A stretch of 58,836 nt of DNA from a virus (Duplodnaviria; Caudoviricetes), in the IMG/VR virus record IMGVR_UViG_3300025120_000054, positions 1 to 58,836 of that record, one strand, 5' to 3'. Position numbers and translations under genes: made by a program. Within the stretch, counting starts at the first letter, position 1. Every line of letters starts with the position of its first letter. The notes under the pieces are model-generated. The model ran no database searches and had not been told where the DNA came from. It saw only the letters and a list, made by a program, of their open reading frames with translations. Below, one piece after another: positions 48,397 to 56,821 of this stretch.

Positions 48397-48551
48397 TTTA
48401 ATGCTAATTAAATGTCAATTATATTTATTTAACTTATTGATTATCAATACTTATGTCGATTATGTCAATTTTATAGTCAGTTTGTAGTAAAAAAAACAAA
48501 GCTATAAAAGTATAATTTATATATAGTAGTGACGAATGTTTTTTCGGCATA
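48388..48551. promoter_or_regulatory. Iteron/IHF-like element copy B overlapping the primase-helicase start
   Basis: Same motif order and spacing as 961-1130. Confidence 0.6.
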
Positions 48552-48580
48552 AAGAAAAGAGGGGTAACCAAAAACCCCTC
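48552..48580 (-). terminator. Rho-independent terminator after SSB gene
   Basis: GAGGGGT-loop-ACCCCTC followed by TTTTCTTT on - strand. Confidence 0.8.
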
Positions 48581-48601
48581 CTCTTTACTACCAATTTAAA
48601 T

Positions 48602-48892
48602 TTAAAATGGTAGTTCCTCTTTGTCCTCATTCAACGTGGTTGGAACTTCTTGCTTCGGCTCAGCCTTCGGTTCTGACTTTGCCTCTGGTTTATAAGTATC
48701 GATGCTCACATGATGGGTTTTACCATACTGATCTGCACCATCCTTTTTTGTACCCACATTTAACTTGGTGTACTTCTTACCGTTATACTCAAAGATATGT
48801 TCCTTTGGTATGTCTGTAAGACACAGACTTACTGATATTAAGTTATCAAAAACTTGTTTACCATTTCCTACGAAAATTTTATCTTCCGCCAT
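48602..48892 (-). CDS. Probable single-stranded DNA-binding protein
   Basis: OB-fold-sized, DQYGKTH, acidic tail ending EELPF; near annealase/exonuclease. Confidence 0.7.
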   Translation of the reverse strand: MAEDKIFVGNGKQVFDNLISVSLCLTDIPKEHIFEYNGKKYTKLNVGTKKDGADQYGKTHHVSIDTYKPEAKSEPKAEPKQEVPTTLNEDKEELPF

Positions 48893-48910
48893 AAATTATA
48901 ATTTAAAAAA

Positions 48911-48968
48911 TTGCCTCTGATTAAAGAAGTCTACACCCTGGACAGAGGACAACCCAAGGATCAGACTA
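48911..48968 (-). promoter_or_regulatory. Structured (pseudoknot-capable) 5' leader of SSB gene
   Basis: CCTTGG/CCAGGG stem whose loop CCTCTG is complementary to downstream CAGAGG. Confidence 0.5.
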
Positions 48969-48971
48969 TTA

Positions 48972-49436
48972 TTAATTATTAAATGTCAATTTGTATTTAG
49001 AATATACGTCATTGTTTAGATGAGTCATGGTCATCGTATACATGCCTTCTTCTTTAATTGTACTTATAAATTGTTCGTACTCTACACCTTCAAAGTAAAT
49101 CATCCCATCTATACAAAAAGCCTCAATCGGACTTACCTTTCCTGATGGAGTTTTTATTATTGTCCATTGAAATGTTTCGTACTTCCATGCCACTGCTTCT
49201 GATTTTTTGTAAGGGTAAATAGTTATTGCAAATGTTTTATCTAATATATCATGCTCTAAAAAATAGCTACATGGTTTATTTTTCTTTCTGCCTCTACTAA
49301 ATTTACCCACAGCATCTTGATATAAAAATATATCACCTGTTTCATTATCGTTCTCGTCCACATAATCTCCTACTTCCCATTGAGAATATAGCGTAACTGA
49401 TAGCATCATCGATGCAAATAAAAATAATTGTTTCAT
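48972..49436 (-). CDS. Secreted protein with Bacteroidetes-style signal peptide
   Basis: MKQLFLFASMMLSVTLYS-QW. Confidence 0.7.
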   Translation of the reverse strand: MKQLFLFASMMLSVTLYSQWEVGDYVDENDNETGDIFLYQDAVGKFSRGRKKNKPCSYFLEHDILDKTFAITIYPYKKSEAVAWKYETFQWTIIKTPSGKVSPIEAFCIDGMIYFEGVEYEQFISTIKEEGMYTMTMTHLNNDVYSKYKLTFNN

Positions 49437-49440
49437 AAGA

Positions 49441-50196
49441 TTAAATTAATTCTTGTTGAATAATAAAATGCTCAGGGTCGTGGGTAGGACTTTCCCCCCA
49501 GAATTTTTCATACTGATCTAAGGCGGTCATCACCTTTTCCCTTCCTCCCTGAATGAAGGTGTCAGTTGGTGGAAATATTCCAAGATTGTGCGTCTGCTTA
49601 TCAACCACATAAAACACCAATGGCTTACCAAATATTTGTTGGTAGATGTAGCACTGGCTGTCGTAGTTGTATCGCTTTGCGGATCGTGGAAAGTTTTGAA
49701 TGTCACTCGTAGTCTTCAAATCGATGATGAAATTATTGGTGATGATATCTGCTTTACCCTTCCACCATACACCTCTGATTTTCTCTACCCCAGGAACTTC
49801 ATAAGTATTACCCGGTTCATATATGTCATCAAAGAATCTTATGTTGGACTTCATTGCCGACACCCATTCCATACATTCGCCTTGCTCCTTGGAAAGTAAT
49901 AACATCTCCTCAGAACTCTCATCAACCGCCTCCTTGTATAGTTTTGTGTTGCGACTTGCAACATCAATTACTTTATAGAGTCCAGTCTTGTTAGGCTCAA
50001 GCATTGCAGTATGAAAATATCTACCCAACAACATCGCCTTAGTCTGCTCAGTTGGCTTACCAAAATCCTTTGGGTTATTCAACAACACATCAACATTGGA
50101 GTTGGATAAAAACTTGCGTCCATACTCACCATAGTATTGGTCATCATTCTTCAGAACTTTCTTGACCTCTAGAAGCTCTTGCTCTGTGAACTGCAT
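49441..50196 (-). CDS. PD-(D/E)xK exonuclease (DUF3799 / RecE-like)
   Basis: LSNS, G..FH...LEP, KGKADI, IDLKTT, Y..Q..IY. Confidence 0.85.
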   Translation of the reverse strand: MQFTEQELLEVKKVLKNDDQYYGEYGRKFLSNSNVDVLLNNPKDFGKPTEQTKAMLLGRYFHTAMLEPNKTGLYKVIDVASRNTKLYKEAVDESSEEMLLLSKEQGECMEWVSAMKSNIRFFDDIYEPGNTYEVPGVEKIRGVWWKGKADIITNNFIIDLKTTSDIQNFPRSAKRYNYDSQCYIYQQIFGKPLVFYVVDKQTHNLGIFPPTDTFIQGGREKVMTALDQYEKFWGESPTHDPEHFIIQQELI

Positions 50197-50804
50197 TACT
50201 TCTTAATGCTTTTCATATATGAACTAATCTCCTTCTTTGCCTTCGCAGTTATGGTATACTTCTGACCTAGTTCTTTGGTGATTTGTGCTAGTGTCTTGCT
50301 GCTATTGTTTGCAATGTAAGCCAACACTCTCTCCATGTTTGGTGTACCTACCTCAAGAGTGACTAACTTCTTTTCCTCTACCTCTTTCGGAACTTCAATG
50401 GACAAGTCCTCTCCCGTCCACAACGATAAACCTATTCCATGCATCGCAATGGCTTTAGCTGTAGATCGTTGAATTGTCTTGTTCACATCGAACATATTCA
50501 CCTTGTCTACGGGTATTGCATTGTTACGAAAGTCCATGATAGGTAGGTAGTCAATATGCTCAATACCATTTGCAACTACACCGACCTTCACATAACAAGT
50601 GCGACCATCAGTAAAATAATTTAACCCTGTATGTTCATGCTCATACACTTTTCTTTGTGCATCAGGGCAATGGGTTTTTAATAAATCCCACGCAGAGGCC
50701 CAACTAATGTAGGACTGTGCGCCTTTCTTTTCAATGAAGCCTTTTACGTCAACGCTTTTGAGCGTCTCATAGGTAGACTTTACCTGTGTTTTTGTATTTG
50801 ACAT
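50196..50804 (-). CDS. Single-strand annealing protein (Sak/Rad52-like, DUF1071)
   Basis: EKKG..SYISWA.AW, LPIMDFRN, QR...KAIAMHGIGL....GED. Confidence 0.85.
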   Translation of the reverse strand: MSNTKTQVKSTYETLKSVDVKGFIEKKGAQSYISWASAWDLLKTHCPDAQRKVYEHEHTGLNYFTDGRTCYVKVGVVANGIEHIDYLPIMDFRNNAIPVDKVNMFDVNKTIQRSTAKAIAMHGIGLSLWTGEDLSIEVPKEVEEKKLVTLEVGTPNMERVLAYIANNSSKTLAQITKELGQKYTITAKAKKEISSYMKSIKK

Positions 50805-50808
50805 TTGA

Positions 50809-51204
50809 TTATAATTTACTTATTTGTTTGACAACCTTTAAGTAGCTGTCCATTATTCGTTGACGAGATGTTTTTAAACTTTTAAGGTGCTTATCATTTC
50901 GCCTTGTATTTACCTCATCCCTTATGTTGTCTGATATTCTAGATAGCTTATGCTGGTATGAATCTAATACTAATTTTAGCACTCCCTTGCGCCATCCATG
51001 TTTACATATGACATCATATTCATATGACCGAAGCTCCTTGTATACCTCCCCCATTGGTTTGTATATGTGAATTTGGTGCTTTTTATCGGACTCAATCTTA
51101 AATCCCTTGTAAACCAGGCACTCAGTATTTTTGTATGCATCCACCATGTGGAAGGCATCATGTTGACCGAAGGCATCGTCCCATATTTCGTCTAGTCTAC
51201 ACAT
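50809..51204 (-). CDS. Hypothetical protein
   Basis: ORF in operon. Confidence 0.65.
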   Translation of the reverse strand: MCRLDEIWDDAFGQHDAFHMVDAYKNTECLVYKGFKIESDKKHQIHIYKPMGEVYKELRSYEYDVICKHGWRKGVLKLVLDSYQHKLSRISDNIRDEVNTRRNDKHLKSLKTSRQRIMDSYLKVVKQISKL

Positions 51205-51503
51205 GAAGCAATGTGTTTAGCAACTGTTCTTATATCTCCATCGCTTCTCATTTTCTTCAGCATTGTAGTGTGGTGATGGATGATCGTAGAATGTGGTGTT
51301 GGCAACCCCATTTCTTCCATAAAATTTTCAATGTGCTTAATGCGAATTTTTCTTTTTACGCACAAGTAAAATAGCATCTGTCTAGCATCCGCTATCCTCC
51401 TTTGTTTTGTTTTAGAAAACATTTCTTCTTTAGATATTCCATGCGTCTTACAAACTTGAGACACATAATCCTTGAAGACCTTACCTTCTTGTAGATAAAT
51501 CAT
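51192..51503 (-). CDS. DnaA C-terminal-like HTH protein
   Basis: SKTKQRRIADARQMLFYL...HSTIIH. Confidence 0.75.
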   Translation of the reverse strand: MIYLQEGKVFKDYVSQVCKTHGISKEEMFSKTKQRRIADARQMLFYLCVKRKIRIKHIENFMEEMGLPTPHSTIIHHHTTMLKKMRSDGDIRTVAKHIASCVD

Positions 51504-51529
51504 ATTACTTTATTTTATTTAATTTATAG

Positions 51530-51606
51530 AGGGTATGAGGGGAATCGAACCCCCCTGTACCTCGCAGATTATTAAACCAGAAAACAAATCATTCTGCAAA
51601 TACCCT
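51530..51606 (-). ncRNA. tRNA-like RNA (acceptor stem and T arm; no D or anticodon arm)
   Basis: AGGGTAT/ATACCCT 7-bp stem, GGGGG-TTCGATT-CCCCT, single TTGCAGA/TCTGCGA arm. Confidence 0.65.
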
Positions 51607-51669
51607 AAACTATTATGAACATTTAAAACTACACAAATTATATCATTTGTACAAATCTTTTCTATAAAA

Positions 51670-52464
51670 TTATAGTTGTGACTCAGATAATTCCCATAGC
51701 ATTTTATTTATTCTGAGATTCTCATCGATGGATGTTACCTTTCTGGATTTGCTGTAGATAATTTTATCCCCATCCTTTCTGGTGGTATCTAATCCTCCAT
51801 TGATTAACTTCTCCTGTACCCTGTTAAATACAGTCCATAGATCGTTTCCTTTGTCGGCTGACCTATTTACTTTTAAAAGTTGTTCAATGTCTACAGCACG
51901 ACCATCATTCCATCTCTTGTTTACTGACTCAATACCAAACTTAAATCTTTCTTCAGCAGACAATTCAACAGACATCATTTCTTTTACTTTGTCAAACAAG
52001 CTGGGTATGTTGGATGTAATTTTGTCTACCGTTTCTATGATGTCAGTCTCCTTCAATCCCTTGTGGATGATTGTATGTTTGCCGAAAGTTTTGTCTGCAA
52101 TTACAAGCCCATTAGAACACACCAAACGAAAGAGTCCAATGTGAAATTTAAACGCTGACCGGCCATCATGTGAATTAGTTACCACGATCTCCGGGCAAGT
52201 GTCGCTAGACATTTCTGTATTTGAAAACATTTTGTTTGGGTTTCGAAATCTCAGGATGTGTTTTTTGAACGGAGCTGTATGCTCATTTCCTTTTCTGTTT
52301 CGTACCTGGATTGCATGTGTAGGCATCCAGTTTCTTTTCTTTAAAATGTCTACCACAGATGCAGTTGATATGTGGTTGTAGACTTTTGACAAGTGTTCTG
52401 ACTGTTCATTAGTGAACACTGAAGGGCATTCCTCCATGATTTGATTTGATTGTAAATAATCCAT
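51670..52464 (-). CDS. DUF932/DUF945 family protein
   Basis: KHILRFR, NSHDG, GLFRLVCSNGL, LWTVFNRVQE. Confidence 0.88.
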   Translation of the reverse strand: MDYLQSNQIMEECPSVFTNEQSEHLSKVYNHISTASVVDILKKRNWMPTHAIQVRNRKGNEHTAPFKKHILRFRNPNKMFSNTEMSSDTCPEIVVTNSHDGRSAFKFHIGLFRLVCSNGLVIADKTFGKHTIIHKGLKETDIIETVDKITSNIPSLFDKVKEMMSVELSAEERFKFGIESVNKRWNDGRAVDIEQLLKVNRSADKGNDLWTVFNRVQEKLINGGLDTTRKDGDKIIYSKSRKVTSIDENLRINKMLWELSESQL

Positions 52465-52465
52465 T

Positions 52466-52804
52466 TCAATTGATTTGTGAGGATGTGTTTTTTTTTCCTC
52501 TGGTTTGTTTTCTTTGCACCCACTTTGAGTACATTTTACTTGCTATCGCTAACCTTTGTGGTCGGAACGCATAGTTTCTTTTGATGATAGACATAGCTAT
52601 CCTTACAAAGTTTTCTCTTTCGTTACCTCCTCTTGGTCTTACATAATAGACTTCTCCATCTAATCCGTAGTCACAAGTCCATCCGATATGTTCGAGTTCT
52701 TTTTGTATTCGATGACACTCCTCGTATAGATTCTCATTGTCATCGTAGGTATCTACTATTGCTTTAACTTCCTGCGGAAAGTTATCGTATTCTATTTCTG
52801 TCAT
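52466..52804 (-). CDS. Hypothetical protein
   Basis: ORF in early operon. Confidence 0.65.
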   Translation of the reverse strand: MTEIEYDNFPQEVKAIVDTYDDNENLYEECHRIQKELEHIGWTCDYGLDGEVYYVRPRGGNERENFVRIAMSIIKRNYAFRPQRLAIASKMYSKWVQRKQTRGKKNTSSQIN

Positions 52805-53085
52805 TGGTTTAATTTAAATTCAAGTTGAATAAGTATTTCTGTTTTGTTCTCCAGATTCTTACCATGCGAATCGCCATTCTCGTCATATGTCGGTTGAATG
52901 TTGCTAGGCATGTAGTAATTGTCTCTGGTTGTAGTGCGTGTAATCTCATCGTTAAAGCCATTGAAGGAGACATTACGCTCTCTGGTATATCTCTGGACTT
53001 CAATGTCCGCACTATATTGATAGCCATGCACCCAAAAGAGTACATGACCATCGTGTAATTCATCATCGTAGAAGATAGCTTTCAT
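52801..53085 (-). CDS. Hypothetical protein
   Basis: ORF with ATGA coupling. Confidence 0.65.
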   Translation of the reverse strand: MKAIFYDDELHDGHVLFWVHGYQYSADIEVQRYTRERNVSFNGFNDEITRTTTRDNYYMPSNIQPTYDENGDSHGKNLENKTEILIQLEFKLNQ

Positions 53086-53087
53086 GA

Positions 53088-53603
53088 TTACTTTAGATTA
53101 ATTGAGTAATGATTGTGGCCTATCTCCAGTACGTCATCCTCAGACATATTGTATATGTCCCAGTTGAACTCAGAGTCTTGCTTTGCAATCTCCTTTATCT
53201 TTGCAATAGCTTCACTTCTGGAGTACTCAAATGTACCCTCAGCATGACCAGAGTCAATGTATGTCTCTGGTTCAATGCCTCTGTCTTTGCGCCACTTCGC
53301 AAACTCTTTGTCTGTCATCACTTCGTATCCCATCCACCCTTCAGCACTTTCAACACCTTTCATGTAGGCATCCAGCTCCGCTTGAGAATTGAAAGACTGA
53401 TGATCTAATTCAGCATCATCCTCTGGAGACGAACCCCAGAGAATTTTGACATCAAAGGTTTCATCAACAGTCTCTGTGACTGTCATCCTTTGTTTCTTGG
53501 CCTCTGCTTCCAGCATAGGTAAGCATTGGTTATACAATTCTTCGGTCTCAAATGTAGCGACCAATTCAGCATGTAAATAGCTTTCAAAATATACTCGTAC
53601 CAT
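53088..53603 (-). CDS. Hypothetical acidic protein
   Basis: ORF in early operon. Confidence 0.7.
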   Translation of the reverse strand: MVRVYFESYLHAELVATFETEELYNQCLPMLEAEAKKQRMTVTETVDETFDVKILWGSSPEDDAELDHQSFNSQAELDAYMKGVESAEGWMGYEVMTDKEFAKWRKDRGIEPETYIDSGHAEGTFEYSRSEAIAKIKEIAKQDSEFNWDIYNMSEDDVLEIGHNHYSINLK

Positions 53604-53606
53604 ATC

Positions 53607-54152
53607 TTATAATTTAATTTTGATTTCACAAATGTCTCCATCAGCATCCCTTCTACCCTTCACTTCGTATACGCCATCGCCATACTTCGTTCCAAAAACA
53701 ACACCTAAACCGTATCCTAGCTGAAACCTTTTGTTTAGATGCGTATGACATGCACCACCAAAATTGAAATCTCCAATTTCATAATCTGATTCAGAGAATT
53801 CTTCCCATCCCTTTTCATAGCGCAGTTCATTCATGCACTTACCATTAAATTCATCTAATGGTGTACTCCAAGTAATTATCTTACCATCAATCTTATCAAA
53901 GCATCCTAACTTACGACCATCAGATATTCTTACAATACCGTTTCTAAAACTATAGTTATTGTTAAATTCAACCTTCTTCAACATCTTTGAAGCCATTGTG
54001 TCGGCATCAATTTTACCCTCTTTAAAGTCTCGTAATAACTTGTGGATGTCTAGCATTCCACTAAACTGTTTTGCGTAACATGGGTCAATTACCATCAATG
54101 CCCCAGAGTCTACTCCGCATTCGCCAATGCGCTCAAATTTTCGTGTGTTCAT
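53607..54152 (-). CDS. DUF4241-like protein
   Basis: GVDSG.LMVIDPCY and TKYGDGVYEV; ATG 54152 preferred. Confidence 0.65.
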   Translation of the reverse strand: MNTRKFERIGECGVDSGALMVIDPCYAKQFSGMLDIHKLLRDFKEGKIDADTMASKMLKKVEFNNNYSFRNGIVRISDGRKLGCFDKIDGKIITWSTPLDEFNGKCMNELRYEKGWEEFSESDYEIGDFNFGGACHTHLNKRFQLGYGLGVVFGTKYGDGVYEVKGRRDADGDICEIKIKL

Positions 54153-54287
54153 AATAAATTTTATTAAAGTTTTATACCACCAAAAGCCGACCACTATTTC
54201 AAGGCCAGCTATTGTGGGAATTATATAATTAGTTTAATTTCCGTTCACTAAAGTATACATTCTTTTTCTATTAAGCAAATTTAGATC

Positions 54288-54539
54288 CTAATCATAGATT
54301 GGGAAATCAACATTGTGTCCTCTGTGAATGAATGAATTGTGTATCTCCTCATCCATCTCAATGCGTATCTCAATCTCTTTGTCTTTGAACATTCCAATAA
54401 GTCCTTGCAAATCAAAATGCTTACCATTGATGTTGTCATCATCTATAGGGCATAAACTCTCAATGGTTTCTTTATAAATTCTAAGAGCATCTACAACGAT
54501 GTCTTGTTGTTCTTGGGGTAGTTTAATTGTGTATTTCAT
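54288..54539 (-). CDS. Hypothetical protein
   Basis: ATG 54539 abuts upstream stop. Confidence 0.6.
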   Translation of the reverse strand: MKYTIKLPQEQQDIVVDALRIYKETIESLCPIDDDNINGKHFDLQGLIGMFKDKEIEIRIEMDEEIHNSFIHRGHNVDFPIYD

Positions 54540-54540
54540 G

Positions 54541-54729
54541 TTACCAGTTTTTTGCTTGTGAATATGCTTTGTCAAAGTTTCTTTCCATCCCTTCACTTAG
54601 GGGTGCTTGAAACCTTCCTTGCATATAATTTTCATTCGTCTTGTAAAAGTTTCCTTTTAGCTTCATAAGGATTTTTTTATCCTTGATAAAGTACGTTGCG
54701 TTTTCGCTTTTATAAATTCCGTTCTGCAT
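54541..54729 (-). CDS. Hypothetical protein
   Basis: ORF in early operon. Confidence 0.65.
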   Translation of the reverse strand: MQNGIYKSENATYFIKDKKILMKLKGNFYKTNENYMQGRFQAPLSEGMERNFDKAYSQAKNW

Positions 54730-54731
54730 TT

Positions 54732-54950
54732 CTATTTGTTTTTATCGGTTACTAAAAAGTCATTGTATTTCAATGACCCACTTACTATGTACTCATATAT
54801 CTCCTCCTTGTAAGCATGTTCCATCACGATGGATTTACCTTCCTCAGATTCTAAATTTAAAACGTATAACTTACGATCCTCATTCTTCTCATTCATTGGT
54901 TCTACCACTCCCGATAAAACCATGCATATAAAAATAATTTTTGTTAACAT
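54732..54950 (-). CDS. Hypothetical protein with hydrophobic N-terminus
   Basis: ORF in early operon. Confidence 0.6.
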   Translation of the reverse strand: MLTKIIFICMVLSGVVEPMNEKNEDRKLYVLNLESEEGKSIVMEHAYKEEIYEYIVSGSLKYNDFLVTDKNK

Positions 54951-54952
54951 CT

Positions 54953-55048
54953 CTATTTATTTTTAATTTGACAAATCCTTCGGTACAATCCATAATCAAA
55001 GTTGTTCCAATAGTCTATCCAATCTGCTATGTTAGTTGTGTTTCTCAT
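54953..55048 (-). CDS. Small protein, 31 aa (MRNTTNIADWIDYW...)
   Basis: Translated by hand; fills gap with 2-bp spacers. Confidence 0.6.
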   Translation of the reverse strand: MRNTTNIADWIDYWNNFDYGLYRRICQIKNK

Positions 55049-55050
55049 TG

Positions 55051-55236
55051 CTATTGTTTTAAGTTTCTAACCTTATCATATTCGATTAACAAAGAATCTA
55101 CTTTGTTTTGATATTCGTTTGTTAGTTTATTTATCTCAATATCAATCTTACGTCTTTGGTGTAGTTGTTCCTTTGTAAGAATCATTCCACATGATGTAAG
55201 TAAACTTATTACTATTAATGTTGCTATCTTTTTCAT
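55051..55236 (-). CDS. Small lipoprotein
   Basis: MKK-hydrophobic-LLTSC lipobox. Confidence 0.7.
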   Translation of the reverse strand: MKKIATLIVISLLTSCGMILTKEQLHQRRKIDIEINKLTNEYQNKVDSLLIEYDKVRNLKQ

Positions 55237-55238
55237 TT

Positions 55239-55562
55239 CTATTTGTTTTTATTGTATTGGTTTATAAATTCTACTACTTGTGCGTACACTATGTCTATAT
55301 CACAAGTGAATAGCGTGTCCATAATGTTATCCCATTCGTATGTGTCATCTCCTGCCTGAAAGCATTTCTTTACAACAGGCATCAACCAATTCCACGATTT
55401 GTGGTATTGTAGTTCGTGTACCTCGTAAAACTCTATTCTTATGTCGTTTAATTTAATAGGGCTTTGTTCTTTCCTAGCATAAACAAACAAACCCTCAAGG
55501 GTTTCTTCAAGTTCTAGACCCATAAATTCTGCTATCATTTTATTGTTTTCTTGATTGCTCAT
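55239..55562 (-). CDS. Conserved phage protein (NKMIAEFMG...YHKSWNWLMPVV)
   Basis: Motif typical of Bacteroidetes phages. Confidence 0.75.
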   Translation of the reverse strand: MSNQENNKMIAEFMGLELEETLEGLFVYARKEQSPIKLNDIRIEFYEVHELQYHKSWNWLMPVVKKCFQAGDDTYEWDNIMDTLFTCDIDIVYAQVVEFINQYNKNK

Positions 55563-55569
55563 TTTACTT

Positions 55570-55719
55570 TTAGTTTAAGTGAGATAACTTTATCTCGTTA
55601 ATAAATTTCTTTGCTTCTCCAGATGTTTTAAATGCATGTACTGAGATTGGTCTGTGGATGCTAATCACATGCACCATCCAGAGTAATCCACAAGGATTAA
55701 ATAATTCAAATTCGTTCAT
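55570..55719 (-). CDS. Small protein, 49 aa
   Basis: Translated by hand (MNEFELFNPCG...); AT-rich leader. Confidence 0.5.
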   Translation of the reverse strand: MNEFELFNPCGLLWMVHVISIHRPISVHAFKTSGEAKKFINEIKLSHLN

Positions 55720-55814
55720 AATAATTAATTAAAATTGTGCAAAGCAATATGCCTTGCACCCGAAAACCCCAAGCGTAATTAAACTACTTGGGGCGTTGAG
55801 ATTGGATGTGAATC

Positions 55815-55910
55815 CTACATCAGATAGTTAACTAAAATGTATCCAGATGCACCACATAAAATCCCACATGATGTTGACAATAAAACCAGTCTTGAAATCT
55901 TAATTCTCAC
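55815..55910 (-). CDS. Small hydrophobic peptide, 31 aa (GTG start)
   Basis: MRIKISRLVLLSTSCGILCGASGYILVNYLM; 3 bp after upstream stop. Confidence 0.4.
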   Translation of the reverse strand: MRIKISRLVLLSTSCGILCGASGYILVNYLM

Positions 55911-55913
55911 GAT

Positions 55914-56621
55914 CTAATGATTTAGGATGTAAATGGATTTCTTTCCTTTACCAGATGTTCCAGAACACAATCCACATTTAGAACAGCTAGATTTGTATCC
56001 AGATTCTTTACTAGCTGGACAATTTATGTACTGGCCTAGCTTTCTCTCTGTAGCAATAAAACTCCTGTATCCAAATTTCTCCGCTTTTAACTGTTGTGCT
56101 GGAGTATGTGTTGAGGCCATAAAGAAACGCCCTAAGGATTTATTTCGATGCCATTGATGAGTATACCCTGTCCAATTATCACATGCCTTTACAACGTCTT
56201 CAATTAATTCAACAGGATGTAACGATGGTTCGCCATATGTCCCAAAACGAACGAACGTGTTCTGAGACATGTCTATGATGCTGTTATATATCTTTTGATT
56301 GAATGTAGGTATATTCTCAAACGTCTTATACTCTTTTACAATTGAGCGCAACATACTTTTGAATCCTACATACTGGTTAAACTTATGCGTATAGCATAAG
56401 CCAAAACTATTAAATGGACAATCCATACAATTGGAATCCGCTTTATTGAAGAAATTCTTCATTCCAGATTCATCTTTTAAAATGCTCTGGAGCTGTGCTA
56501 AACTGAAGGTATACGTTTGCACAATTTTACGTTTCTTGTCGGATTCTATCTTGTCATTAGATGTCGTACCTAATCTGAATACTTGTATTGTATCCTTGTC
56601 TCTGAAAGTTACTCTTTTCAT
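55914..56621 (-). CDS. Cys-rich Gp88-like protein (possible Fe-S)
   Basis: C.DCP...CY, RFGTYGEP, WTGYTHQW, CP...CSKCGLC. Confidence 0.7.
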   Translation of the reverse strand: MKRVTFRDKDTIQVFRLGTTSNDKIESDKKRKIVQTYTFSLAQLQSILKDESGMKNFFNKADSNCMDCPFNSFGLCYTHKFNQYVGFKSMLRSIVKEYKTFENIPTFNQKIYNSIIDMSQNTFVRFGTYGEPSLHPVELIEDVVKACDNWTGYTHQWHRNKSLGRFFMASTHTPAQQLKAEKFGYRSFIATERKLGQYINCPASKESGYKSSCSKCGLCSGTSGKGKKSIYILNH

Positions 56622-56630
56622 GTCTCTGGT

Positions 56631-56807
56631 TTATCTGGTTCTAAATAATAATTGCTCTTGTCTCTTAGCATATCTACCAGATGGTGTTCTGGATGCTAAC
56701 ATTCTGCATTTTGCTTCCTTCAAAATACGCATGTGCTGAATGGATTTTTGCCCATTGTAATCGAATGCTTTTGTTCTTAATCTGTTAACTAATTTTTGGT
56801 AATTCAT
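56631..56807 (-). CDS. Small basic protein, 58 aa, directly downstream of the hammerhead
   Basis: Translated by hand (MNYQKLVNRLRTKAF...). Confidence 0.6.
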   Translation of the reverse strand: MNYQKLVNRLRTKAFDYNGQKSIQHMRILKEAKCRMLASRTPSGRYAKRQEQLLFRTR

Positions 56808-56821
56808 AACATTTTATATTT

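Noticed and set aside
51530-51606. Canonical tRNA gene or attP site
   Set aside because: No D arm or anticodon loop, and no integrase recognised in the genome
55795-55910. Large structured RNA or second hammerhead (CUGAUG on - strand)
   Set aside because: Core is CUGAUGU with no following GAAA; the region is better explained by a 31-aa ORF
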